This document shows positions 49,501 to 58,500 of a stretch of 64,000 bases of DNA, one piece after another (position 1 is the stretch's first letter; every line of letters starts with the position of its first letter). The stretch lies in NCBI RefSeq assembly GCF_006345805.1, contig NC_043002.1, forward strand, positions 89,404,001 to 89,468,000. Reading direction: 5' to 3'. The notes under the pieces were generated by a model. The model saw nothing but the letters and a program-made list of their open reading frames with translations, was not told the DNA's origin and made no database searches. Made by a program: the position numbers and the translations under genes. The DNA comes from Octopus sinensis (taxonomy: Eukaryota).

Positions 49501-51929
49501 TAACAATAACTTAGCAGACTTTGTGGTTTAACAATAAATTTTTGGTGAAGTTAATTTGTAACCCTTTATTGATATCATCATCATCATTGTTTAACGTCTG
49601 CTTTCCATGCTAGCAAGGGTTGCACGATTTTGACTGAGGGCTGGTGAACCAGATGGTTGCACCAGTCTCCAATCTTGATTTGGCAGAGTTTCTACAGCTG
49701 GATGCCCTTCCTAATGCCAACCACTCCGAGAGTGTAGTGGGTGCTTTTTACGTGCCATATCTAGTTAGAATCATTTCACTTCTCATTCTAAATGAGAGGT
49801 AATATTTATCCCCATTTAGAAGTGGGTGTTCTGTTGGAACAAACTATTCTGTGGTAGTTACCATGAGAGAAACTTTCACATTGGCTTTTGGTGCAAATGC
49901 ACTCTTGCTTATATTGTTATATTTTTTTTAAGTGGGGATAAATATCACCTCTCAGTGTTGATGTTGCCTCTGTTGCTAATAAACACTTTCTTGATGTTTT
50001 TGTTAGTGGCATGAATGTCACAATTACTATAACTTTTAAGTCTGTAGTAAATGAAATTATTGATTATATGAATGTTAATTTTCTTAATATTTTTCTTATA
50101 TAATTTACAGGATTCTTGGCGTCACGTAATCAGTGTAGCTGTTACATCTGGAATTCCAACACCAGCTTTCAGCTCAGCGTTAGCCTTTTATGATGGCTAC
50201 AGGACTTCACATCTGCCTGCAAATTTACTTCAGGTTAGTTCAGCATGATTTTTAAAAAAATTTTTTTATATAGTACAATATTGATTTTCTTATGTCAAGG
50301 AATAAAGCTATTTTTCAGAGAAGTTAATATGTAGTGAGTTACTGGTAATTATTTATTGGCACTGGAAGAATGAAAACTTTGACATTATTTCTACTCAAGA
50401 TGTAGGCAGATAAAATTTAATACCATTATACATTTAATCTGATGTTCAATTACTTGCTGTTGTATCCCATAGCATTAGTGTATCATGTATATTAGGCTTG
50501 TTGCTGTGACTTTGAAGAGGAGGTTTCAAGTAACTAACTTTGCAGTTGATGTCAATACCATTTGCCTATATTTTGAACTATTTTCTATTATAAATGTAGT
50601 AGTGATGGGGGTGGGGTTCAATTTATATTCCTAATATCCTTATAAAGATATTTACATAACAAAACCTAATTTATTCTCCTTTAAAAACACTATTGCTGTC
50701 AAAACCCTCCTGTGTATCCTTTCCATCACTGTAGTAACTATGCAAAGAAATGGGTCTTAAATTAAAACTGAAACTAGTATCTGAAACAGTATATAAATTG
50801 ATACCTCTAGCAAATGTGGTTAGGTCATTTACAAATGTCTGATCTTATAGCAGGTTATGAGTGATAATATTTGCATATACAAAATCAGGAAATGAACTGT
50901 TGTGTCACTTGATCACAGTATGTGTATGTGTGCAGTTACTAATGGCAGCAAGTGGGTTATTAATGTATAGGAAGCCGACTTAATTGAGCATTCAGTCTGT
51001 GAATGGTGCAACAGAGTAGTTTGCCCAATATTGACAATGGTTTTATTGATATCAAAAGAAATAACAATGTTTCCATTTCACTGCTTAAGAGCAAGAGACA
51101 ACTAATGTATGATGCAGGAGAACAAGTCTCTTTTAGATCTGGCTCTATGGGGAGTGTACTGATGGTCCCAGGAGAAAGTAAAATAATCAATGTAATGAAC
51201 TGAGGTGGTGCTTTACAACTATTACCATCTCTTCAGATGTGTTAGGAGTGATGGCAATTGGTCAGTAATTAGCAGTGTCAAACAGAATACCTGTACAGAA
51301 TGAGAGATTATCATGGTTATATATAGAGTTAGTCCCCTATTGTGAAAAAAAAAAAAAAAAATTACGGTGCACTATTTGATGTTAACATAAGGAACCCTCC
51401 TTCAATTGGTTGCTTTATTGGGTTCAGTGAAAATAATTTTCACATAGTGGTGTGAGGTTTTTTTTCTTTGTATATGTGTGCAATGGAGATAAAAATGAAG
51501 TAGTGTTATTGGAGATGAGTACTAAAACAAAATAGTACTTGGAAACTATTTTGTTTTAAGAATGACAGATAGTTGGGTAATACTACGACATTAATAGTCT
51601 CTTGGTAACGGACCAGAAAACCCAACTGCATTTGTAAGATAAGGAAGTTTGAAGGTTATTTTTGGGTTTTGAAATAATTGTCTTACAGACGAGGTGGTAA
51701 CTTTTATGCACTGCTGATAGTATTAAAATCCAAATATGAAATATAACTGGTATTTCAGAATTGGGATTCAGATTGTGTATGCTTGTATATTTTTTTATTT
51801 AAATTTCAGGCTCAGCGTGACTACTTTGGTGCTCACACATATGAACTACGTAACAATCTTGGACATTTTGTTCATACAAATTGGACAGGATCTGGTGGGC
51901 AAGTATCTTCAACTACGTATCAAGCTTAA
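22927..51929 (+). CDS. PGD: 6-phosphogluconate dehydrogenase, decarboxylating (spliced CDS, exons 2-14; first coding exon not located)
   Basis: Joining GT-AG exons 22927-23002, 25402-25581, 27767-27832, 29814-29932, 30918-30984 (or 31997-32063), 34144-34278, 36768-36890, 37763-37826, 41359-41489, 44449-44582, 47382-47481, 50111-50233 and 51810-51929 gives one open frame of ~478 aa, [19 protein letters not shown]...[11 protein letters not shown]. It contains [57 protein letters not shown] and QRDYFGAH, and all splice phases are compatible. Confidence 0.98.
23327..23559 (-). mobile_element. SINE family S3 with 20-bp TSD; others at 11340-11530, 40655-41310 (3 tandem, +), 39830-39990, 49285-49500, 63515-63740 (-)
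   Basis: TSD ATAGCCT(G/A)GGGTAGTTTTCT at 23307-23326 and 23560-23579; body has GAGTTCAAAT B box and GCCTTTCATCCTTTCGGGGTCGATAAA domain. Confidence 0.85.
24700..25135. mobile_element. Head-to-head inverted pair of family A pLTRs
   Basis: - copy ~24705-24893 joins the + copy ~24890-25135 at GGTT microhomology. Confidence 0.85.
25007..25052 (+). ncRNA. Minimal type I hammerhead ribozyme motif, intact core, sense to PGD
   Basis: GACAC-CUGAUGA-A-GGCUG(10 nt)CAGUC-GAA-ACGU-U-GUGUU: stems I and II pair, palindromic ACGU stem III, GUU cleavage triplet. Confidence 0.8.
25402..25581 (+). CDS. PGD: PGD exon 3 (VCAFNRT...DDFIDKL)
   Basis: tactag|GTG...TTA|gtaagt; 180 bp. Confidence 0.97.
25989..26142. 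repeat. Nested inverted repeat (49-bp outer arms, inner hairpin)
   Basis: 25989-26037 vs 26094-26142 with 2 mismatches; inner CCTCAATGCTG/CAGCATTGAGG. Confidence 0.85.
27767..27832 (+). CDS. PGD: PGD exon 4 ([22 protein letters not shown])
   Basis: tcatag|GTG...ACT|gtaagt; 66 bp. Confidence 0.97.
28055..28255 (+). mobile_element. Mariner transposase catalytic-domain fragment
   Basis: Translates in pieces to [19 protein letters not shown]...KVMLTFFW...IILIDFL. Confidence 0.7.
29814..29932 (+). CDS. PGD: PGD exon 5 ([40 protein letters not shown])
   Basis: ttcttag|CGT...TG|gtgagt; 119 bp, ends phase 2. Confidence 0.97.
30237..30820 (+). mobile_element. Penelope-like family A: GIY-YIG ORF end, tRNA-like module, (AAT)n, pLTR; duplicate at 31303-31895, shorter copy at ~28255-28552
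   Basis: 30237-30551 reads [35 protein letters not shown]...[28 protein letters not shown] (one internal stop); preceded by an inverted pLTR fragment at ~30045-30230. Confidence 0.85.
30918..30984 (+). CDS. PGD: PGD exon 6, copy a ([23 protein letters not shown])
   Basis: cttatag|G CCA...TGG|gtaagc; 67 bp. Confidence 0.93.
31183..31228 (-). ncRNA. Minimal type I hammerhead ribozyme motif, intact core
   Basis: Reverse complement GACAC-CUGAUGA-A-GGCUG(GAAGGUAUAU)CAGCC-GAAACGU-U-GUGUU. Confidence 0.82.
31997..32063 (+). CDS. PGD: PGD exon 6, copy b (duplicate, identical coding sequence)
   Basis: cttataag|G CCA...TGG|gtaagc; differs from copy a only by one extra A in the acceptor (AAG vs TAG). 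Confidence 0.8.
32218..32712. mobile_element. Head-to-head inverted pair of family A pLTRs
   Basis: - copy 32218-32450 (complete tRNA-like head 32373-32445) abuts the + copy ~32446-32712. Confidence 0.85.
32262..32307 (-). ncRNA. Minimal type I hammerhead ribozyme motif, intact core
   Basis: Identical to 31183-31228. Confidence 0.82.
33217..33436. mobile_element. piggyBac-like MITE, second family
   Basis: TTAA|CCTTTTCGTTAC ... GTAACAAAAGGG|TTAA. Confidence 0.7.
34144..34278 (+). CDS. PGD: PGD exon 7 ([29 protein letters not shown]...EMAQ; catalytic Lys/Glu)
   Basis: tttaaag|GTT...CAG|gtttgt; 135 bp. Confidence 0.97.
34432..34817 (+). mobile_element. tRNA-derived SINE family S1, full length; others at 45061-45466, 46305-46724, 56108-56380, 56470-56845, 26320-26575, 1458-1760 (+) and 733-1076, 12408-12790, 18020-18190, 38020-38215, 39113-39262 (-)
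   Basis: A box TGGCTGTGTGG, B-box-like GGTTCAGTCCC, TGGGCAAG core, internal microsatellite, (AAGAGT)-like tail; at least 12 homologous copies visible. Confidence 0.88.
36768..36890 (+). CDS. PGD: PGD exon 8 ([18 protein letters not shown]...DAAGQ)
   Basis: attaaag|GTT...CAG|gtaaaa; 123 bp. Confidence 0.96.
37107..37627. mobile_element. pogo/Tigger-type MITE
   Basis: TA|CAGTAAATCCTCGAGTATAGTCTGC ... GCGGATTATACTCAAGGATTTAAGG|TA imperfect TIRs. Confidence 0.75.
37763..37826 (+). CDS. PGD: PGD exon 9 ([22 protein letters not shown])
   Basis: tttgtag|AAA...G|gtaagc; 64 bp. Confidence 0.97.
38478..38840 (+). mobile_element. Non-autonomous Helitron, second family
   Basis: A|TCTCTATATAT start; 15-bp perfect hairpin 38802-38816/38826-38840 ending CTAG|T. 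Confidence 0.82.
38990..39024 (-). ncRNA. Degenerate hammerhead-like fold in a pLTR-like repeat (~38890-39110)
   Basis: GUUU-CUGGCGA-A-GAGC(UCU)GCUC-GAAAUGU-U-AAAC. Confidence 0.5.
40012..40608 (+). mobile_element. Probable Helentron/HINE-like non-autonomous element
   Basis: 3' hairpin CTCCACCTT-TGCT-AAGGTGGAG (40582-40603) resembling the 5' subterminal ACCTCTGTCAAG; internal repeat of AAAAAATAATC(C/T)AGAATCCTTGT. Confidence 0.45.
41359..41489 (+). CDS. PGD: PGD exon 10 ([12 protein letters not shown]...ITDIKL)
   Basis: ttgcag|GA GAG...CTG|gtaagt; 131 bp. Confidence 0.97.
41745..42261 (+). mobile_element. Non-autonomous Helitron
   Basis: A|TCTATATATATAAAA start, subterminal hairpin CCCGAGCAACGCCGGG (42234-42249), CTAG|T end, no TSD. 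Confidence 0.88.
44449..44582 (+). CDS. PGD: PGD exon 11 ([14 protein letters not shown]...WRGGCIIR-S)
   Basis: ttgcag|GCA...AG|gtaaat; 134 bp. Confidence 0.97.
47382..47481 (+). CDS. PGD: PGD exon 12 ([11 protein letters not shown]...SKCQ)
   Basis: tttgtag|T GTT...CAG|gtaaga; 100 bp. Confidence 0.96.
47738..48166 (-). repeat. RTE-tail repeat family with internal ~60-bp tandem subrepeats; others at 3378-3795, 27041-27401, 28892-29392, 43988-44216, 49577-49757, 33500-33700 (-) and 60752-60947, 2790-2975, 22400-22680 (+)
   Basis: Shared (CAT)n-TTTAA(C/T)GTCCGCTTTCCATGCTAGCATGGGTTGG end, matching the 3' UTR of the RTE relic at 8555-9187. Confidence 0.85.
50111..50233 (+). CDS. PGD: PGD exon 13 ([30 protein letters not shown]...ANLLQ)
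   Basis: tttacag|GAT...CAG|gttagt; 123 bp. Confidence 0.97.
51810..51929 (+). CDS. PGD: PGD exon 14, terminal ([12 protein letters not shown]...STTYQA*)
   Basis: tttcag|GCT...GCT TAA; 120 bp. Confidence 0.97.
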   Translation, partial: AQRDYFGAHTYELRNNLGHFVHTNWTGSGGQVSSTTYQA

Positions 51930-52018
51930 TGCTTGGGATTGTTATATTTTCATTATAATAAACAAACATCTTCAAAGTGAACTTAACTTTGTTATACCAA
52001 TATTAAATGCAATTTAGA

Positions 52019-52024
52019 AATAAA
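52019..52024 (+). terminator. Candidate PGD polyadenylation signal AATAAA (second at 52098-52103)
   Basis: First AATAAA 90 nt after the stop codon; cleavage site not determinable from sequence. Confidence 0.5.
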
Positions 52025-53763
52025 GGTTTCAGTTTCTTGCTTTGCTCATTAGCTATTAGAAATACATGTTTAACAATATATATATTTATACATTAAAAAT
52101 AAAACATTATTATTTTTGAAAAATAGATACTTTTTTTTAATATACTTTAAACTGAACTTCAGAGGAACTTGGTTTTAAATTTATTTTTTATCAAGCTCGT
52201 CATATTTGTCAAAAGATCTTTTTAAATAGCTTAAACCATGACTTCAATTAGTTTGAACATATCATCCGAATTGAAATGGGAGGGTAACTTTCTAGGTGCA
52301 ATCCCATGGTCTGCGTCGTGACCAAAGGGGGTCTCAGTAGTATTATTATCATTTAATGATTAATTTGTTGCTATAACATAATAAAGCTAAACAATCAACA
52401 AATAAGTTTTACTTTCTTGCTATGAATGATATTAACTAAAGTGTGTAGAAAGTGCAATATTGAATAAGTAAGTAAAGGCTTTGGCTGCAGAAGATCTGAA
52501 ACATTGAGTTCAGTCAATTAGGTATGTAGAGTAAACTTACAAGAAATGGTGAATTAAGAAAATATGCTGGCATCAAAGGCATGTTTTATATCAAAGTTAA
52601 TTGTTGCTTCCTGCTTGTAGGCTCAATAGGCCTGGTATGTAAACAACTGAGAGTACAAGCCTCTCCACAGAAATGATACAACTTTGTCATACATTTAGCC
52701 TTCCCTGCCACTCCAGTTGTCACTAGGACATTTTCAACTGAGTGAGCAGAAGCAACATGAAATTAAGTGTTTTGCTCAAGTACATAACACACCCCTTAGT
52801 CCAGGAGTCAAACCAATGATCTCCAAACCACTAGGAGCTGGGACAATACAGATATAGATATGTAACAAGAATGTATGATGTGAGCTACATGAAAAAAATG
52901 ATATATAACTAAAGTGAAATGTATCTGCAGCAGAGACAGATCAAAGATAATTATAGAGTGAAACAGTGATGAAACTTATGAAGCTTACATCTCAGATTCA
53001 GAAATTAAATGACAACTAGAATAAATCTTGTACAGTATGTCTGAAAAACAAGAACCATCGCAGACAAAAAAGATATCAAATAATACATTAACAGTTACCC
53101 AAGAACTTACCTAAAGCCATGTTCCTAGCATTTTCACTTACGGTTTTTTTGTATGTATGCAATTCAAAATACATGAATCAAGTATTATTGGTTTTAATAC
53201 TTTTATTACAAAAAACATTTTTTTTTTATTATTATTAAAAGAGACTGATTAAATGATAGTTAACAAAACTGTATAAAATATTTTTAATATTTTTCTCAGT
53301 GTTTTAAAGGAAATTAGAATGTAAATAAATCAGATATAATGTTAGAATTTTATGATGTAACCACATGATTTAAAAAAAATATTAAACAAATAATATTGCT
53401 ATAAATAAATAGACAATTATCAATAAATATATAAGTGATTTTCTGATTGTGCAACAAGTGTTCTTACACACATATATATATATGTGTGTGTGTATACACA
53501 TATATACACATGCTATATATATATACACACACACACACACACATATATATATACATACATATATACACACATTATATAGATTTATATGTGTATATATAAG
53601 ATATATACAAATAAACACATGCATATATATACATACACACACATATACACATACATTAATGATTACATATACACATACATAAACATACATATATATATAT
53701 ACACATATACAGATTACGTACATACACATATTTACATACGCACATAAACACATTACACATACA

Positions 53764-53794
<31 letters not shown>

Positions 53795-53899
53795 GCTGGC
53801 CCTCAAAATAATTTTCTTTTCAATGCCATGATTTCCTAAAATGAAATCTCAAATAGAACAGAATTTGATATTACATGCATATGCGTGTGATTTGTAGTC

Positions 53900-55013
53900 T
53901 GTTGGGCAATGAGAAAGCTTAGGTATAAACAGTTGGCCTGTGAGGTGTGTTTAAGCCAAGAATGAGGGTGCTTAAAGTAGGGTCAGGATCAGCAGTGAGC
54001 TCAATGAAGAATTTAGTGTACAGGTAAGTGTCTTTCTTAGTCCTCTCCCTCTGTCCTCAGACCTCGTCTCTTCAACCTAAAAGCTGAGGTGATCAGATAT
54101 TAGATGCTCTCGGAACATCTGTTGAAGAACTGCAGAAATTCATAACCTGGAAGAGTGGGGTCTGAGTTAAAAGGCTTGAAGGTGAATATGGCCAAGACTA
54201 AGGTAACATTTAGTAACAGGAGCCAACAAAGTCCAATAGCATCTAAGAAATGTTTTTTTTTTGTTTGTTTGTTTTCTTTGCATGCAATTAATGCAAAAAG
54301 ATGTGTCATCTCTAGCGGATAGATTGGCAGGGAAGTAAAATTTTAAGCGCTTCAGATGCTAACAGTATGACCAATGATGGAAGATAAGGACAGGGGCAGA
54401 CTGAGTGGAAGAGGATTGTAAGGTCTGTTAACTAAGTGTTACCAATGTTTCAAATGGATCTGGAGACAGTATGATTCAAGGTAAAAAAAAAAAAAATAAG
54501 GGTCTGAAAGAAGCTTAGAAAACTGCCGCCTCTGATGGAAATAAAATATTTCTCTACCTATGAAAGGCAGACTCTATAAAGCATGTGTCAGAAATGGTAT
54601 GCTTGTATGGCAGTGAATGCAGAGGATCTGTAGCAATTGGTTAAGGAAGGAATTGAGTATGACCTGCTTGATGTGCAATAGTTATTGACATAAAATGTTG
54701 GACATGAGTGGGTTGAGAAAGCAACTGGGCATCAAAGGCATTGGTCGATGTGGGCAGAAAAAAGAGAGAACTATGCTGGTATGGACATTTAATGCTGACG
54801 GATGATGCATGCAGGATGAAAATGGACTGTGAGTTGATGGTGGAAAATACCCGCAGTAGAGGTAGACCAAGGAAGACTTGGGAAGAAGTAGTTAGATCAA
54901 ACCTGAGAATGTTGAGCCTCACAGATGAGATGACATAATATCGAGACCCAGAAAAAGATGTTGTATTGCAGATCCATCCAACCCATGCCAGCATGGGAAA
55001 AATAGATTTTAAA
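53900..55013 (+). mobile_element. RTE LINE relic between the two gene 3' ends
   Basis: GLKVNMAKTK, LYGSE and LCWYGHLM..SRGRPRKTWEEVV motifs plus the family 3' tail. Confidence 0.78.
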
Positions 55014-55362
55014 ATGAATATGAAATAATACTTACTTTCCTTTCTTAAAGTAAGTGCTTAACACTTATTTAATTCCACATAATGTGAAAGATGTAACATA
55101 AAGGGTTTTAAAAAAATGATTGGATACTGGAGGAATGTTTCATGAAAAAAAAATCATAGTGATGGGGAAAATTAAATTCAAGAAAATGGCCATTTTTTTT
55201 CGTAATAGTAAATAAAAAGATCAGAATCATAAAGAGACTGACTGTAAAATAATGGATTTTTGCCTTTTTTTCCACCTCAAAATGTTTTCGTTCAAGTCTA
55301 TATTTAATATTGGACCATAGTTATACATAAATTACATAACTGATTATTATCTTAGAAATCCC

Positions 55363-55544
55363 TTAGGCTTTGAATATATGCACTGCACGTACTACGTACT
55401 GTCGGCATATTGGACATTCATTAAGTTTACGGCCACACTGGGTGCAGGACACCATATGACCACACTCCAAAAGGACACAGTCTATTGGGGAATCCATGCA
55501 AATCTTGCACATTTCATCATCATTTAAAACTGGAGAATCTGGGT
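55363..55544 (-). CDS. RNF34: RNF34-like terminal exon: RING finger to stop
   Basis: ttttcag|AC CCA...GCC TAA; 182 bp; C-x2-C...C-x-H...C-x2-C...C-x2-C pattern; absent from the ORF track. Confidence 0.95.
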
Positions 55545-58500
55545 CTGAAAAATATAATGATTTACAAAAAGAGTTAATGAACTGAAATGAAATATTTAGG
55601 TAACAGCAAAAAGATTATTAAAGAATATTTCTGTTTAGCTTCAATAAGAAAATAGAAAAGTATTTAAAAAAGCAATTGTAAAATAAATCTTTGGAAATAA
55701 AGTAAATATTATGCAGTTTAAGAGGTGAAGAGAGCCTTATTTTCAAGAAAAGGAACACAGAGGGTAATAAGCAGCAATCAGTTTTAGAAGCATCCATAAA
55801 CTTTAGGTTCATCTTCAAAAGTTATAACATGGAAAAAAATGAAAGCAAAGAAGTTTTGAAGCAGAAATGACAGCAAACTAAGGATTAGCTTGGAAATGTG
55901 TTAAAGAATACAACAAACATGAAAATTTATAAAGAGTAAAGATAGAAGAACAGACCATAAAATGGAAAGCTGGAATTATAATGCTAATTATGAAATAATA
56001 TAAAACTTCAGGAAGCAGTCTGTAGGAATGTTTACAATTTGCATGGAGCTCAGCTTCAAATGGAGATGTCACCTTTTGTAACTGAGTAGCAAACTATCAC
56101 ATCTGTTGACAGGTATAGCTGTGTGGTAAGCAGTTTGCTTCCCAACCACATGGTTCTAGTTTCATTCCCACACATGGCACCTTAGGCAAGTGCCTTCTAC
56201 AATAGCCTTGAGCCAACCAAAGCTTTTAGGGTGGATGGAAACTGAAAGAAGTCTTTCATATATTATATGTGTATTTGTGTTTGTCACACCAGCACTGTGT
56301 GACAACTAGTGTTGGTTTGTTTGTGTCCCTGTAACTTAGCAGTTCAGCAAAGGAGACTGTCAGGATAAGTTCCAGCTCTAATGATTCAACCAGCTTGCTG
56401 GTATGCTCAAATACTCTGTAATTTTCCACCTATAATATATGTGCCATATATATATTGATAAAAACGTCTGTGCAAGCATGGTTATGTAGTTAAGAAGTTT
56501 GCTTTGCAACCATGTGGTTTCGGGTTCAGTCCCACAGCACAGCACCTTGGGCAAGTATCTTCTACTACAGTCTCGGGCAAACCAATGCCATGTGAGTGGA
56601 TTTGGTAAACAGAAACTGTGTGGAAGCCCATCATGTGTGTGTGTGTGTGTGTGTGTGTTTGCGTATCTTTGCGTTTGTTACCCCACCTACAACCACTTGA
56701 CAACCAGTGTTGTTGTGTTAACTTAGCAGTTCAACAAAAGAGACTGACAGACTAAGTACCAGACTTAAATAAGCGCTGGGGTCGATTTGTCTGACTAAAC
56801 CTAGCTACATGGTACTCAAGCATGGGCACAATCCAATAACTGAAATAGGTAAAAGATAATTCATCATACATGAATTGATGAAGAAAAATATCTTCACACA
56901 CAGCCAACCACCTATTTCAGACAAAGACAAAGCACTGATGGGTATTCATTCTTTTTTAAAACTTATTTTCATTTCTAAAAGTATATATACAGTTTTATAC
57001 ATACACACACATACATACATACATACATATATATTACAAAATACCGGAGTAAACACATAAATGTGAAACAAGGTGGGAAAAAAGAGTACTCATATACCAG
57101 TGGTAGAGTAATATACTTTATTTAAAGCAGCAGAAAATTCAACAAAACCTGTTACTCTGAGTTTCACGTTTCCATTCATCGGACAGTTTTTGCTAGATGT
57201 CCGACGAACGGCAATGTGAAACTCAGAGTAACAGGTTTTGTTGAATTTTCTCCTGCTTTAAATAAAGTATATTACAAAATATAAAGTTATATCTTGAGTG
57301 ACAACAACGCTCAAGATATACAACGGACTGGAAATAGAAGTGCTCTAATGAGCTGTATACACTTTTTTATCTGAGGGGAGGCAATGCGAGCAACAACCAC
57401 AGGAATATCACAAAATCCACAGAAGGACCAAAGACATACAAATCTTCATATACTCATTTATATCTATAAAGCCCGACATTTAAGAATTTAGTAATATATA
57501 AATATATCATATAAAAATATAAATTATGCATATAACACCTTGAATTTACGCTTAAAACATTTAGTATAATGTAGTATACTAAATGTTTTAAGCATAATTT
57601 ATATTTTTATATGATATATTTATATATTACTAAATTTTTAAATGTCGGGCTTTATAGATATAAATGAGTATATGAAGATTTGTATGTGTTTGGTCTTTCT
57701 GTGGATTTTGTGATGTTCCTGTGGTTGTTGCTCGCATTGCCTCCCCTCAGATAAAAAAAAGTGTGTATATATATATATATATATATACACAATTTCAAAT
57801 CCCACAAATTTATAGAATAAAATCCACATATAATATTCAGTCATAAAAAGTTATAAAAAAAATTTATCTGTAATTACCTTTTTTCTGTTGTCTCTGAGCT
57901 TCCCATAATCTCCGAACTCTGTCTAAAAGTTCCCATTTTTCTACACACCCCTTATAGTCAACAAAATGAAACGAAAGTATTTCTTTTAATTCTTTGACAG
58001 TCAAGTTAGCAACTGCTTCTATATTGTCAATGGTGTTAAGATTAATATATGCAGGTTTGGACGGTGAAAAACATGGCAGGCTGGAACTCTGCAACAAAAA
58101 TTTAAATGATTATGTATCTATGTTTGATTGATTTAGCTAACAGATTTTAATAAAAAAATACAACAGGTAAGAAATAATAAAACAAGTTCATATATGTTAC
58201 ATGAACATATACTGGGAATTAATTTAGATAATATTAAGAAACAGATGTTTCTTAATATTTTCTGGAGCAAGGAAATCTGGGGCCTCAGGCCACTTGTGTG
58301 GCTTTGTAGCTAATAAAGAAATATATATGCTCTAATTTGTGTATTGAGTTCTAATTAACCTGTTTGTACCACCAAAACTATACATGTACACGTTTTTATG
58401 GGAAGGTGTAGGGGAAATATTACCTTGCATGGAAACAAACAAAGGTCAGTAGTAGAAAAATCTTTCTCAAATAAGTTTCATCTGACCCATGCAAGCATGG

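Noticed and set aside
51003-51203. 66-aa ORF in the last PGD intron, possibly a transposase or gene relic
   Set aside because: No motif, splice signals or termini I can support; would need a tBLASTx search
51736-52017. 93-aa ORF overlapping the last PGD exon
   Set aside because: Alternative frame of AT-rich sequence with no recognisable motif
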